Below, piece by piece: positions 38,593 through 47,684 of a DNA stretch of 64,000 nt; positions within the stretch are counted from its first letter, which is position 1, and every line of letters begins with the position of its first letter. Below the pieces are notes generated by a model that did not search any database, was not told the DNA's origin, and saw only the letters and a list, made by a program, of their open reading frames with translations. Where the stretch lies: IMG/VR virus record IMGVR_UViG_3300037011_001068, positions 1 through 64,000 of that record, one strand, 5' to 3'. Position numbers and translations under genes: made by a program. The stretch comes from a virus.

Positions 38593-40386
38593 ATGTATCC
38601 AGCAAATCCATGGCCACAGCAGGGCCAGCAACCGCAGCAGCCACAGCAATTTCAGCAACCGCAGCAATTTCAGCAACCGCAACAATTTCAGCAACCGCAA
38701 CAATTTCAGCAACCACAGCAGCCACAGCAGCCACAAGCAATTCAGGGTTCAGGGCAATTTGGTTCTCCGGTAGGCCCGATGGCGCCGGCAGGAATTCCCG
38801 ATTTTTTCGCTCCGAATGAGGAGCAGATTCAGGAGGAGTTTCGGCGGGCATCGGCAGAAGATCGGTTTAAAGGTCCACCCTTCGTGAAATTTTTGGGCCC
38901 GCAGGGACAGGCTAGATGGGATAAATCGGTCCCAGTGGGTCATAAAGACGATATTTTTGTGGCTTTTGCGCCTTGTTGGGGTCCTGGAAAGCCCTTGTTC
39001 AAAGTATCTCGGAGTCATTATTGGAAAAGCTTCCAGCATCCCAGAGGAAAATCTATCGGTTGCGCTGGTAAGGAGTGTTTAATTTGTAAAGCGAGGGAAT
39101 TGGCTCTCAATAGCCCGGATAATGCTGTGAAGGAGCGGGCAAAAGATATCGGTAGATCGCGTGTGCAAAATCTCTACAATGTATTTCTCCTTAAGAGTCC
39201 TCAATTGCATCCAGTAGATCCTATCACAGGGCTCATGCGACCGTTCATTCTTGGCGCTGGCAGGAATTTGCACGCTGAAATTTTTAATCTAATCGACGGT
39301 CGGGGGGGTGCAATGGCTCTCATAAATCCCAGCCATCTCCGTCCTGTGCGGATCACAAAAATTAAGAATGGTGAAGACGAGAAGGATGTTGAATATAAGT
39401 TAATTGATTACGATCCTATTGTCCTTCCACGAGAATTTTGGGGAGCACTATCGAATCTTTGGGATTTAGATGCCTTAGAGAAGCTGGTGAGTCCGGAAGA
39501 TCAAATTAAGGTGATCCAGGAGATGCAATTTCCACTTCCTCCCGGGGTTTTTCCAGGCATGTCGGCTCCTCAAGCTCCTCAAGCTCCTTCTGGATGGGCT
39601 CCTCAAGCTCCTCAAGCTCCTCAAGCTCCTTCTGGATGGGCTCCTCAAGCTCCTCAAGCTCCTTCTGGATGGGTTCCTCAAGCTCCTCAAGCTCCTCAAG
39701 CTCCTTCTGGATGGGCTCCTCAAGCTCCTCAAGCTCCTTCTGGATGGGTTCCTCAAGCTCCTCAAGCTCCTCAAGCTCCTCAAGCTCCTTCTGGATGGGC
39801 TCCTCAAGCTCCTCAAGCTCCTCAAGCTCCTTCTGGATGGGCTCCCTCCCAAACTCCTTCCCAAACTCCTTCTCAGGCTCCTTCTGGATGGTCCCCTCAA
39901 GCCCCTTCTGGATGGTCCCCTCAAGCTCCTCAAGCTCCTTCTGGATGGGCTCCTCAAGCTCCTCAAGCTCCTCAAGCTCCCTCTGGATGGGGGGCTCCTG
40001 TTCCTCCTCCAATGACTCCTCCCCCGGTGTCCTCTGGAGGAGGGGCTCCTGGGAGTTATTCTCCCCAGCCCTCGCAGGCAGGGGGGCCTGTTCCGCCGCC
40101 TGCCTACCCTATGCAGTCTCCTGGGGGTTTCGGGGATCCTTTTGCTAGTCAGCAGGCGGCTCTTCCGGGGCAAGCGATTCCGTGGCCTTTTCCTGCGGGT
40201 TTTTCTTTGCCGGACGGCAGAGAGCGTTGTTATAGTCGTTTTCATGCCGAGCATACTTTCTGCCGTCAATGCCCCGGGTGGATTCAGGCGCAATGCCAAT
40301 TGTTGGCTCGGTCTATGCTTGGTTCCGGAGGGGCGCCAAAGCCGACCTTAGAGGCGTTGCAGGCGCAGCTATCCGGCAAGGTATAA
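38593..40386 (+). CDS. phage single-stranded DNA-binding protein (gp32-like core) with low-complexity repeats
   Basis: HY...C...C..C Zn site, LYNV, ITK.K.G....VEY core; Q/P repeats; upstream of recA. Confidence 0.7.
   Translation: MYPANPWPQQGQQPQQPQQFQQPQQFQQPQQFQQPQQFQQPQQPQQPQAIQGSGQFGSPVGPMAPAGIPDFFAPNEEQIQEEFRRASAEDRFKGPPFVKFLGPQGQARWDKSVPVGHKDDIFVAFAPCWGPGKPLFKVSRSHYWKSFQHPRGKSIGCAGKECLICKARELALNSPDNAVKERAKDIGRSRVQNLYNVFLLKSPQLHPVDPITGLMRPFILGAGRNLHAEIFNLIDGRGGAMALINPSHLRPVRITKIKNGEDEKDVEYKLIDYDPIVLPREFWGALSNLWDLDALEKLVSPEDQIKVIQEMQFPLPPGVFPGMSAPQAPQAPSGWAPQAPQAPQAPSGWAPQAPQAPSGWVPQAPQAPQAPSGWAPQAPQAPSGWVPQAPQAPQAPQAPSGWAPQAPQAPQAPSGWAPSQTPSQTPSQAPSGWSPQAPSGWSPQAPQAPSGWAPQAPQAPQAPSGWGAPVPPPMTPPPVSSGGGAPGSYSPQPSQAGGPVPPPAYPMQSPGGFGDPFASQQAALPGQAIPWPFPAGFSLPDGRERCYSRFHAEHTFCRQCPGWIQAQCQLLARSMLGSGGAPKPTLEALQAQLSGKV
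38614..38736 (+). repeat. coding tandem repeat (QQPQQF; 9/18-bp units)
   Basis: CA(G/A)CAATTTCAGCAACC(G/A) x4 plus CAGCAGCCA units. Confidence 0.9.
39565..39990 (+). repeat. coding tandem repeat (APQ)n-APSGW x11
   Basis: GCTCCTCAA units interspersed with 11 copies of TCTGGATGG. Confidence 0.95.
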
Positions 40387-40389
40387 TTG

Positions 40390-41502
40390 ATGGGAAAGCA
40401 GAAAAAGATCTCGAGAAAGCCGGTTTGGGCTGGCAAGAAAAATCGGCCTTCTCGAGAGCCCGTAAAATCTGGACCTAAAATTAAGTCAGATCCGCGTAAA
40501 GAATATGATGAGCGGATTAAGAGTGCAGGGGTGCGGGTTTTGGCTTTAGAGGATCCGGACTGTCTAGCGCATGTTCGGGACCATATTTCCACTCAATCTT
40601 TGGAGCTCGATCGGCTGATCAATGGCAAAGGTATTCCCACGGGGAGAGTTACTGAAATATATGGTCCGGCGCATATTGGGAAGAGTACGATAATGGATCA
40701 TATGTTTGCGGAGGTTCAAAGGCGCGATGGGGTTGCCGTGCTTATCGATTCTGAAGGGGCTCGCGATGTGAATTACTCTCGAGCGATCGGCGTGAATCCT
40801 GCAACTTTGAAATACCTGGAATTTGAGCCAGAAAATTTGCATATTGAGGCGGTGATTCAAGCGATTTATGCAACGATTGAATTCTGGTCTTCCAGGGATC
40901 CAGATCGGCTTGTGCTTATTGGCTGGGATGCTCTTGGCGGTACATCTACACGGGATGAGCTTGAAAAGCGTTTGGAGCGAGATTCGAGGCCTGCGATGGC
41001 TGCAAGCATCATGCGAAAGGCTTGCAGGCAGATACCGCCGAAGCTTGGAAACACGCGGATTGCGGTTGTGATCAGCAATCATGAGTATCAGCATCTTGAT
41101 CTAGGTGGACGGGTAGGGGTACGGAGAGAGACCTACGGGGGGGAAGCAGTACGTTTGCTTTCGTCCATCCGGGTTCAGCTTTTTCACGGTGGGTGGATCA
41201 AGCGGTCAGACGGGGTTGTCGTTGGTCGTGAAATCGGTGCGAAACTCATAAAAAATAGGCTAGGGGATCCTTGGGGGGAAGTACGTTTTGCGCTGATTCC
41301 CTCTATTGGAGTGGACAACTTATGGTCCATTTATGAGAGGCTTAAGCACAAGCGCATCATTGAAGTAAAAGGTAGTTGGAGCGCTATTAATTTGGATGGG
41401 AAGGTTATTAATTTCCAAGGTTGGTCCGGCTTGATTGAGCAGTGCAAGGCGGATTCAACCCTTTTTCCGCGGCTGGTATCGGTGTACCGCGCGGCAGGGT
41501 GA
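40390..41502 (+). CDS. recA: RecA-family recombinase
   Basis: ISTQSLELDRL..G.GIPTGRVTEIYGPAHIGKST, IDSE, ETYGGEA, KNRLG. Confidence 0.92.
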   Translation: MGKQKKISRKPVWAGKKNRPSREPVKSGPKIKSDPRKEYDERIKSAGVRVLALEDPDCLAHVRDHISTQSLELDRLINGKGIPTGRVTEIYGPAHIGKSTIMDHMFAEVQRRDGVAVLIDSEGARDVNYSRAIGVNPATLKYLEFEPENLHIEAVIQAIYATIEFWSSRDPDRLVLIGWDALGGTSTRDELEKRLERDSRPAMAASIMRKACRQIPPKLGNTRIAVVISNHEYQHLDLGGRVGVRRETYGGEAVRLLSSIRVQLFHGGWIKRSDGVVVGREIGAKLIKNRLGDPWGEVRFALIPSIGVDNLWSIYERLKHKRIIEVKGSWSAINLDGKVINFQGWSGLIEQCKADSTLFPRLVSVYRAAG

Positions 41503-41505
41503 TGC

Positions 41506-41757
41506 ATGCCTCTTTATCAGTTTGAGTGCGAGTGCGGAAATTCCTTGGAAGACCTCCGTTCGATGAAGGAGCGAAATGTGCCTATCCTCTGCAAGGAGTG
41601 TGGGCGGGTGATGTCGCGCGTGATGTCCTCGTCGAATTTTGGAAAGCCCGCTTATCGGATGACGGCAATTCTGGAGGACGGGCGGAAGGTGCAGGGAAAC
41701 TTCGGTCAGAGGCCGAAGCTGGAAGCCTCCATGCGATCGAGCTCAAGGGTGAAGTGA
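41506..41757 (+). CDS. FmdB-family zinc-ribbon protein
   Basis: MPLYQFECECG...CKECG..MSRVMS. Confidence 0.8.
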   Translation: MPLYQFECECGNSLEDLRSMKERNVPILCKECGRVMSRVMSSSNFGKPAYRMTAILEDGRKVQGNFGQRPKLEASMRSSSRVK

Positions 41758-42737
41758 TGATGCTTGTATTTTCGGATTTGCATTTGCGGGAAGAGACCGC
41801 AGAAGTTGTCTTTAAATCTGTACTTCCGGGTATCTTGCAGGCTGCAATTAAGCGTAAAATCATGGTTATCGCCTGCTTGGGGGATTTTTATCATCTGCGT
41901 TACCGTATTTCTGTATTTCTGCAAAACAAGGTGGCGGAGTGGCTTCGGGAGACGGGGAAGCGGGGCATTCATGTGGTGCTTCTTCCGGGGAACCATGATC
42001 AAGTGGATAGCCATGGTCGCCATGCGCTCGAGGTGTTCCGAGAATTCCCGCATGTCCATGTGATCGATGAGCCGAAAAGCCGGGATGATGGGCTCTGGAT
42101 TCCTTACCGGCAGGACCCGGAGGAGCTCGAGTGCGCGTTTAAGATCAAGAAGCACCCTTACCAGGACCCGGTAGTGTGGATGCATCATGGGGTTCGAGGG
42201 GCGCTTATGAATGCCAGAAAGAAAGATGAAGATGGGATTGATCCGACGTTTTTTGAGAAGCGTAAAGTTCAAGTGTTTTGCGGGCATTATCACAAAAGGC
42301 AGAAGGTCGGGGTGGTGCAGTACGTTGGAAGCCCCTATCAGACGCGAGCGGATGAGGCGGGGGATCCCAAGGGCTTCATGATCCTTTCCAAGCAGCATGG
42401 GGTTGAATTTGTGGATACTGCTTGGGGACCTCGGTTTCATGTTTTCCGCTTTGAAGCGGGGAAGCCCTTTCTCCTCGAGGGAGTGGCTCCGGGAGATGAA
42501 GTGAGGGCTGTGGCTGGCCCGGGGGTTCTGCCGGAGCAAGTAGGCCAATTTCTTCAGAGTCAAGGAATCCAGAAATTTGTTGTGTCGGCGGAAATGGAGG
42601 CTTCTGGATCTCGGCTGCAGGTACGGCCCGGGGCAACAATCCTGGATTATGCTGAGGCTTACGTCAGGGAATTCCGCGGGCAGTTGGATGCTTCATTTTT
42701 GATGGAGGTGTTGGAGGGATTCGCTCGTGAAATTTGA
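41757..42737 (+). CDS. sbcD: SbcD/Mre11-like metallophosphoesterase nuclease
   Basis: SDLH, GDFYH, PGNHD, GHYH, YVGSP. Confidence 0.9.
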   Translation: MMLVFSDLHLREETAEVVFKSVLPGILQAAIKRKIMVIACLGDFYHLRYRISVFLQNKVAEWLRETGKRGIHVVLLPGNHDQVDSHGRHALEVFREFPHVHVIDEPKSRDDGLWIPYRQDPEELECAFKIKKHPYQDPVVWMHHGVRGALMNARKKDEDGIDPTFFEKRKVQVFCGHYHKRQKVGVVQYVGSPYQTRADEAGDPKGFMILSKQHGVEFVDTAWGPRFHVFRFEAGKPFLLEGVAPGDEVRAVAGPGVLPEQVGQFLQSQGIQKFVVSAEMEASGSRLQVRPGATILDYAEAYVREFRGQLDASFLMEVLEGFAREI

Positions 42738-44766
42738 ATACCTGGAGCTCGAGAATTATGGCTCTTTTTTTGGCAAGCATCGGTTGGACCTCGCGGACCG
42801 GGGGCTTCTTCTTGTGTCTGGGGATAACCGGGATGACCCCCGCACCAGTTCCAATGGGGCGGGGAAGAGCACGATCTTCGATGCGCTCGATTGGGCCCTC
42901 TTTGGCGCGGTGCCGCGGGGGGATCGGGTGGAGTCGGTGGTCAATGCCGAGGCTTCTGAGTGTCGGGTGCGGGTCGGGATCAGGACTGATAGTGGTGAGG
43001 CTCTCGTGGTGGAGAGGACACGGGTGGAGGGGGCTACCGGGCTTGCGCTCTGGCAAGGTGGCCAGGAGGTTCGTTGTCTTGATGTCACAGAAACCCAGAA
43101 CGTCCTTGAGCAGAAGCTCGGTCTTGACCGGGAGGTTTTCCACGCCGCTGTTCTCTTTTCCCAGGGCGATCTGACTCATTACGCGGATGAGACGGATGCC
43201 GGGAAGATGGACATCCTCACGCGGATTCTCCAGTTGGGTGTGATTGACCAGTTGCAGGGGGTGGCAAAGAAGCGTCTTGCCGCCTTGGAGGAAGAGCTCC
43301 TGGAAGTTGATCGGGTACTTGTGGATATCCGCGGGCAGATTTCTGGATTGGAGAGTGCTGGAGTGGCAAGCCAGGCGCAGGCCTGGGAAGAGCAGCGGCA
43401 GAAGGAGCTCGCTTTTGTCCGGGCGGAGATAGTTCGCCGGCAGCAAGCCATTCAGCAATTGCCGGTGTCCACCGGTTTGTCCGCGGGGGCCATCCGGGCG
43501 GAAATGGAGGCGCTTCAGAAATCGGGGGCAGCCTACGGTTCGCCGGAAGAGCGTTCGGCGCTTTTGGCGGCCGAGCAGGCGGTGGCGGAGTGGAAGGCGG
43601 AGCTCCGGCAGCGGGACCAGGAGATCGGGATTATCCGGGGCGAGATGGAACGGTTTCGCACTTTCAAGGGGGAGGTTTGCTCTTTATGCGGGCAGCCGGT
43701 GACGCAGGAGCATTTGGGGCGTGAGTATGCCTTGAGAGGGCAGAAGCTCCAGGGCCTCCTGCAAGCTAAGGGGGAGGCCGAGAGTACCCTGGGAGCCTGG
43801 GAAGCCCGCTTGGGGGAGCTCAAGGCTTCAGAGCAGGCAAAGAATCGAGCTTTGCAGGAGAGGATAGCAGCCGAGCGATCGAAGCTCTATGTGCTCCAGG
43901 AATCCCTCCGGAAGGCCGAGGCGCTCGAGCGTGAGGGGATTGAAGCGCAGCGAGCGTTCCAGGCAGAGCGGGACAAGGCGGAGGAGGTTTTCAGGCGGGT
44001 GAATCCTTTCCAGGCGCAGCAGGCGGAGCTCGACAAGAAGCGGCAGGAACTTGAGTGGAGGCTCAAGACTACGGAACATCTTTTGGGGCAACAGATGCTC
44101 CTGAAGGAGCATATCTTCTTTTGGGTGAAAGCCCTCGGCGCTAAGGGGCTCAAGAGTTACATCCTGGACCAACGTCTCCAGGAGCTCTCTGACGCGGTGA
44201 ACGGGTGGCTGGCGCCTTTGACCGGGGGAGCTATGTGGTGTCGGTTCGATAGCACGAAGCAAACGAAGACTCGGGGCGTTCAGAATTCCCCTACTCTCCG
44301 GATTTTTCGGTGGGAGGGCGATGGAGTGGTCGCAGAGCGTGGGTACAAGAGTTGGAGCGGTGGCGAGAAACAGAGGATTTCTTTTGCCGTGGATTTTGGG
44401 CTTTCGCGGCTCCTTGCACGGCGGGCCAGAAATCAGTATGACTTGCTCATTCTTGATGAGGTATTTAAACATCTTGATTCATCGGGGAAAGAAGCGGTAG
44501 TAGAGATGTTGCATGCTATCGCGCAGGAGAAATCGAGCGTTTTTGTTGTTGAGCATGATCACGAGCTACAGGGGAGCTTTGAGCGTGTGATGGTGGTCCA
44601 GAAAATTAAACGTCGCAGTCAGATCAAGGAGGGATCCGATGGGATCCAGATCAAAGCGAAAAAAGCAATCAAAAGAGCGCCCGTCCACCATGTATCTGGT
44701 GAAGCCCTACCAGCGGGAAAATCTTGCAGAGCCCCCCTCCGAAGAGCACCCATTATCGGCGGGTGA
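42727..44766 (+). CDS. sbcC: SbcC/Rad50-like SMC ATPase
   Basis: NGAGKST, FSQG Q-loop, zinc hook CSLCGQ, SGGEKQR, LILDE, VEH. Confidence 0.92.
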   Translation: MKFEYLELENYGSFFGKHRLDLADRGLLLVSGDNRDDPRTSSNGAGKSTIFDALDWALFGAVPRGDRVESVVNAEASECRVRVGIRTDSGEALVVERTRVEGATGLALWQGGQEVRCLDVTETQNVLEQKLGLDREVFHAAVLFSQGDLTHYADETDAGKMDILTRILQLGVIDQLQGVAKKRLAALEEELLEVDRVLVDIRGQISGLESAGVASQAQAWEEQRQKELAFVRAEIVRRQQAIQQLPVSTGLSAGAIRAEMEALQKSGAAYGSPEERSALLAAEQAVAEWKAELRQRDQEIGIIRGEMERFRTFKGEVCSLCGQPVTQEHLGREYALRGQKLQGLLQAKGEAESTLGAWEARLGELKASEQAKNRALQERIAAERSKLYVLQESLRKAEALEREGIEAQRAFQAERDKAEEVFRRVNPFQAQQAELDKKRQELEWRLKTTEHLLGQQMLLKEHIFFWVKALGAKGLKSYILDQRLQELSDAVNGWLAPLTGGAMWCRFDSTKQTKTRGVQNSPTLRIFRWEGDGVVAERGYKSWSGGEKQRISFAVDFGLSRLLARRARNQYDLLILDEVFKHLDSSGKEAVVEMLHAIAQEKSSVFVVEHDHELQGSFERVMVVQKIKRRSQIKEGSDGIQIKAKKAIKRAPVHHVSGEALPAGKSCRAPLRRAPIIGG

Positions 44767-45208
44767 GCCATTTTTCGTTCGCGGTGAGATCGATGGGGCT
44801 ATTATTGTGAGCGTACCAGAGACTATCAGTAGGTCTTCCGCGGAAAATCTTCATAAGGCGTTTGCAGACACTTTTCCGGGGAAGCCTGTTCTTGTCCTCA
44901 CACACAACGTACAATTTCTTGAATTGCGAAGGCTCACCGAGCAGGAGGAACAAAAGGTCAGGGCTTTCGTCCAAAGGAGCAACTCTGATGCCAGAGGGCT
45001 TGAAAAGAACGCCGATTCCCCTGCAGAAAAAGGATTGGGCGCTCAATCCGTCTCAAGTGGTGCTGGGGATAGACCCGGGCTTCGGGTCGTTGGGGATGGC
45101 GGTTTTGGAGGCGGAGCCCGGGAAGAAGCCTCGAACATTAGCAGCGCGCGTGGTGAGCACGGCGAGGGCGAGCAAGAAGCAAATCAAGGATTTTCGGGTA
45201 ACGAATGA
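44639..45208 (+). CDS. hypothetical protein overlapping sbcC and ruvC
   Basis: AAGGAGG SD before ATG 44639. Confidence 0.5.
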   Translation: MGSRSKRKKQSKERPSTMYLVKPYQRENLAEPPSEEHPLSAGEPFFVRGEIDGAIIVSVPETISRSSAENLHKAFADTFPGKPVLVLTHNVQFLELRRLTEQEEQKVRAFVQRSNSDARGLEKNADSPAEKGLGAQSVSSGAGDRPGLRVVGDGGFGGGAREEASNISSARGEHGEGEQEANQGFSGNE

Positions 45209-45647
45209 TGATCAGCGGCGTGTTTCTGAAATTTACTATGCGTTAGAGGGTGTCTACAGCGAATTTCACCCCGGTTCTGTTGGCGTGGAAGCGTATAACC
45301 CTTTTCGGAAGATGGGAAAGGGCGCTGGACCTCGGCAAAGCACAATTTCTGGATGGAAGGCGGGTGGTATTTATTTTGGCGTGAATTTTTGGGCTTTATC
45401 CCGGCATCTTCTCATTACGGCATTTTTGCCGATGGATCTGAAAAAGAGATTTTGTGGGAAAATTTCCGCGTCAAAAGAAGAGGTGGAGAAGGCGCTTTAC
45501 AGCCAGGTGGATGGGCTTTACCCTGTGATCCAGCAATTGCCGGTGACCAAGCGGGAGCACGCAGCAGATGCCGCGGGGCATGCTGTTCTCGTCCTGGAAG
45601 AGGTGTGGCGCATGCGGCAAATGCTTGGTTTAGGAGGTGCCGAGTGA
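44988..45647 (+). CDS. ruvC: RuvC Holliday junction resolvase
   Basis: VLGIDPG, VGVE, P..LKK..CG..SASKEEV, HAADA; AAGGAG SD. Confidence 0.88.
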   Translation: MPEGLKRTPIPLQKKDWALNPSQVVLGIDPGFGSLGMAVLEAEPGKKPRTLAARVVSTARASKKQIKDFRVTNDDQRRVSEIYYALEGVYSEFHPGSVGVEAYNPFRKMGKGAGPRQSTISGWKAGGIYFGVNFWALSRHLLITAFLPMDLKKRFCGKISASKEEVEKALYSQVDGLYPVIQQLPVTKREHAADAAGHAVLVLEEVWRMRQMLGLGGAE

Positions 45648-45973
45648 TTTTTTTATTGAACACTGAATTGGTCCTGTCTGAAATTTTGGAGCTTGCCTTG
45701 TTGAACGTTTCAAAGGCGCTTGATGTACCGAAATCGAAGGTGCGTATCTCCCTGAATTTCTCGGATGGGAAGCTTGTTCCAGATTTCAGGGTGGACAAGG
45801 ATTTTTCGGATGTGCTCGAGCAGCAGAAGGCGGAAGAGGCGATTCGGGCCATTTGGCTTGAAAATATGAAGCCGGAGCTCACGACGCGATTTCGTGGGCT
45901 TAAGGAGCGGCGTTATGTTGACCGAAGAGACAAAGCCTCGGAGGCGGCGTCCAATCCATCCGCCGAAGGCTAA
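45644..45973 (+). CDS. hypothetical protein
   Basis: AGGAGG SD; GTGA overlap with the ruvC stop. Confidence 0.55.
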   Translation: MIFLLNTELVLSEILELALLNVSKALDVPKSKVRISLNFSDGKLVPDFRVDKDFSDVLEQQKAEEAIRAIWLENMKPELTTRFRGLKERRYVDRRDKASEAASNPSAEG

Positions 45974-46706
45974 GGCAGCTCCCAGAGTCACTCTGGCGCC
46001 GGATGCGGTGCTCGAGGCACGCCGGATAACACGGGGCACTCAAGAGCAGCCGGAGTGGGTGCTGGATGGGACCTCGGAGAATCCAGAGGATTCGATTTCC
46101 ACCGCCTGGCTGCGGCAGCTTGCGGGGATCCAATATTCTACTTCGCAGGCGGGAATCACCGTGCCGGAAATGAGTCGTATGCCTCCGTTTGACCATGTGT
46201 CGATTCGGACGCTCGAGGGATGGTGCGCGTATGATCATTGGGAGGATAAGCGGAAAGAGTATTTTGCTCGGCTGCGAGATCAAATTGAGCAGCGGCTCGC
46301 AGCGTCAGTGGTGGAGACGCGTGTCCAGCATTTGCAGCGAATCGACAGCATTGCCGAAGCCATTATAGCTGACATTGAGAGCAAAGAGGTTGGTTACAAG
46401 AGCAGGGAAGGCATGATCACGGCTCTAGTAAAATTGCTGGAGGTTGGGGATCGCATGCGTGAAAAGGTTGCTGCTCGGATAGCTCCTAAGCTCGATTGTG
46501 CGGGTGTCCTCACCCTCACAGCAGAGCTTTCCGAAGATGAAGCTCGTGCTGCAGCCAAGTTGATTATGAAGACTCGGCGAGAGAAGCTTCGGGCGGGGTT
46601 ACCTAGTCCAGAAATTCGAGAGCAGGATTCTGGGGAACCAGGCCGTTCTAAAATGATCCGTCGTCCGGTATGCGATGGTAAGAATAATGGCGAAACGGTG
46701 GAGTAA
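45915..46706 (+). CDS. HTH protein, possible terminase small subunit
   Basis: VSIRTLEGW....HWEDKR HTH followed by coiled helices. Confidence 0.4.
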   Translation: MLTEETKPRRRRPIHPPKAKAAPRVTLAPDAVLEARRITRGTQEQPEWVLDGTSENPEDSISTAWLRQLAGIQYSTSQAGITVPEMSRMPPFDHVSIRTLEGWCAYDHWEDKRKEYFARLRDQIEQRLAASVVETRVQHLQRIDSIAEAIIADIESKEVGYKSREGMITALVKLLEVGDRMREKVAARIAPKLDCAGVLTLTAELSEDEARAAAKLIMKTRREKLRAGLPSPEIREQDSGEPGRSKMIRRPVCDGKNNGETVE

Positions 46707-47394
46707 AAAGGAAGAGAATCAGTTGTTGCAAGGTGCAGGAGTTTATGGGCTTTCTTGGTTCCAGAGACACACTGAGAGCGCCTACTCCTGGCCGAATGCT
46801 CCGAAAGGAAGATCGTACAAAGCGCTGTACTCTAAGGCTCGCCGGCTTTTTGGTCTTGGCGGATTTTCCAAAGGGAGCTATTCGCTGTCCAAGGCTTGTC
46901 GAATGACGGGATACTCGAAAACGCAATTGCGACGGGCTCAAGCGGCGTTAGGCCAAAAATGGAAGCGGCTGTCTTCCACGGGGAGCTACCTGATTTTTGA
47001 GGAGCAGCTAGGGGAGCTGTCTGATTGGCTGGGGAAAGACTACTGGTATCGGAAGGGGCGTCTTTATTGCTGTTCATGGTGCCACACGGAAAAGAGGGCG
47101 CATAGAAGCCAGGGGCTTTGCTCTAAGTGCTATTCCAAGTATGCAGCGCGGTTACGTCGAATGGGGGTTCCTTTGCGCGCTGAGGATTTGCTGGACTACT
47201 TGAATGCTCATGAGAATGCTGGTAAGGTGCCACAGGCTGTGAAAACAGCGCTGGAGAAGAAAATAGCCATACCGGAGAAGGAGCTTTTGACGTTAATAAA
47301 ATCGTGGAGAAATCATGCTCGTTCACTTGAAGATGGACGATTCGGATTTCGATCTATTGATTCGGGCCTTGAGTGCAGGGAGGTTATCAAGTGA
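46687..47394 (+). CDS. DNA-binding protein (Myb-like start, HTH, CxxC-H-CxxC)
   Basis: RWSKKEENQL; SLSKACRMTGYSKTQL; CSWC...H...GLCSKCY. Confidence 0.55.
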   Translation: MAKRWSKKEENQLLQGAGVYGLSWFQRHTESAYSWPNAPKGRSYKALYSKARRLFGLGGFSKGSYSLSKACRMTGYSKTQLRRAQAALGQKWKRLSSTGSYLIFEEQLGELSDWLGKDYWYRKGRLYCCSWCHTEKRAHRSQGLCSKCYSKYAARLRRMGVPLRAEDLLDYLNAHENAGKVPQAVKTALEKKIAIPEKELLTLIKSWRNHARSLEDGRFGFRSIDSGLECREVIK

Positions 47395-47684
47395 TTTTAC
47401 CGAGAGAGAGGCAGCCACGCTCAAAAAACTCGCTGAACGTTTGTTCCAAGAAAAAGAGGCGCAAGAAAATAGATCATTTGGCGATAGCAAGTAAATTTTT
47501 GAATTTATCTTTGCGGGATTTTAGGGATGAAGGGCTGGAGTCTTACGATATAATGCTTATTTTGCATTATGTTTTGAAGTTAGCGCAGGGAAGTTGCCAG
47601 GATCATGCGATGGTAGCAGCGGCGATTATGGAGGTGGAGGCTACCTTTGCGCTTTTCCATAATACGGCGGGAGATCCGGCTTGA
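47391..47684 (+). CDS. hypothetical protein
   Basis: GGAGG SD; GTGA coupling. Confidence 0.45.
   Translation: MILPRERQPRSKNSLNVCSKKKRRKKIDHLAIASKFLNLSLRDFRDEGLESYDIMLILHYVLKLAQGSCQDHAMVAAAIMEVEATFALFHNTAGDPA

Noticed and set aside
38614-39990. Possible CRISPR array
   Set aside because: The repeats are contiguous in-frame units with no unique spacers, and no cas genes are present
39475-40299. Alternative-frame and antisense ORFs (poly-Ser, ELEELE, RSLRSL) over the SSB repeat
   Set aside because: Shadows of a stop-free 9-bp coding repeat; the + frame carries the SSB core
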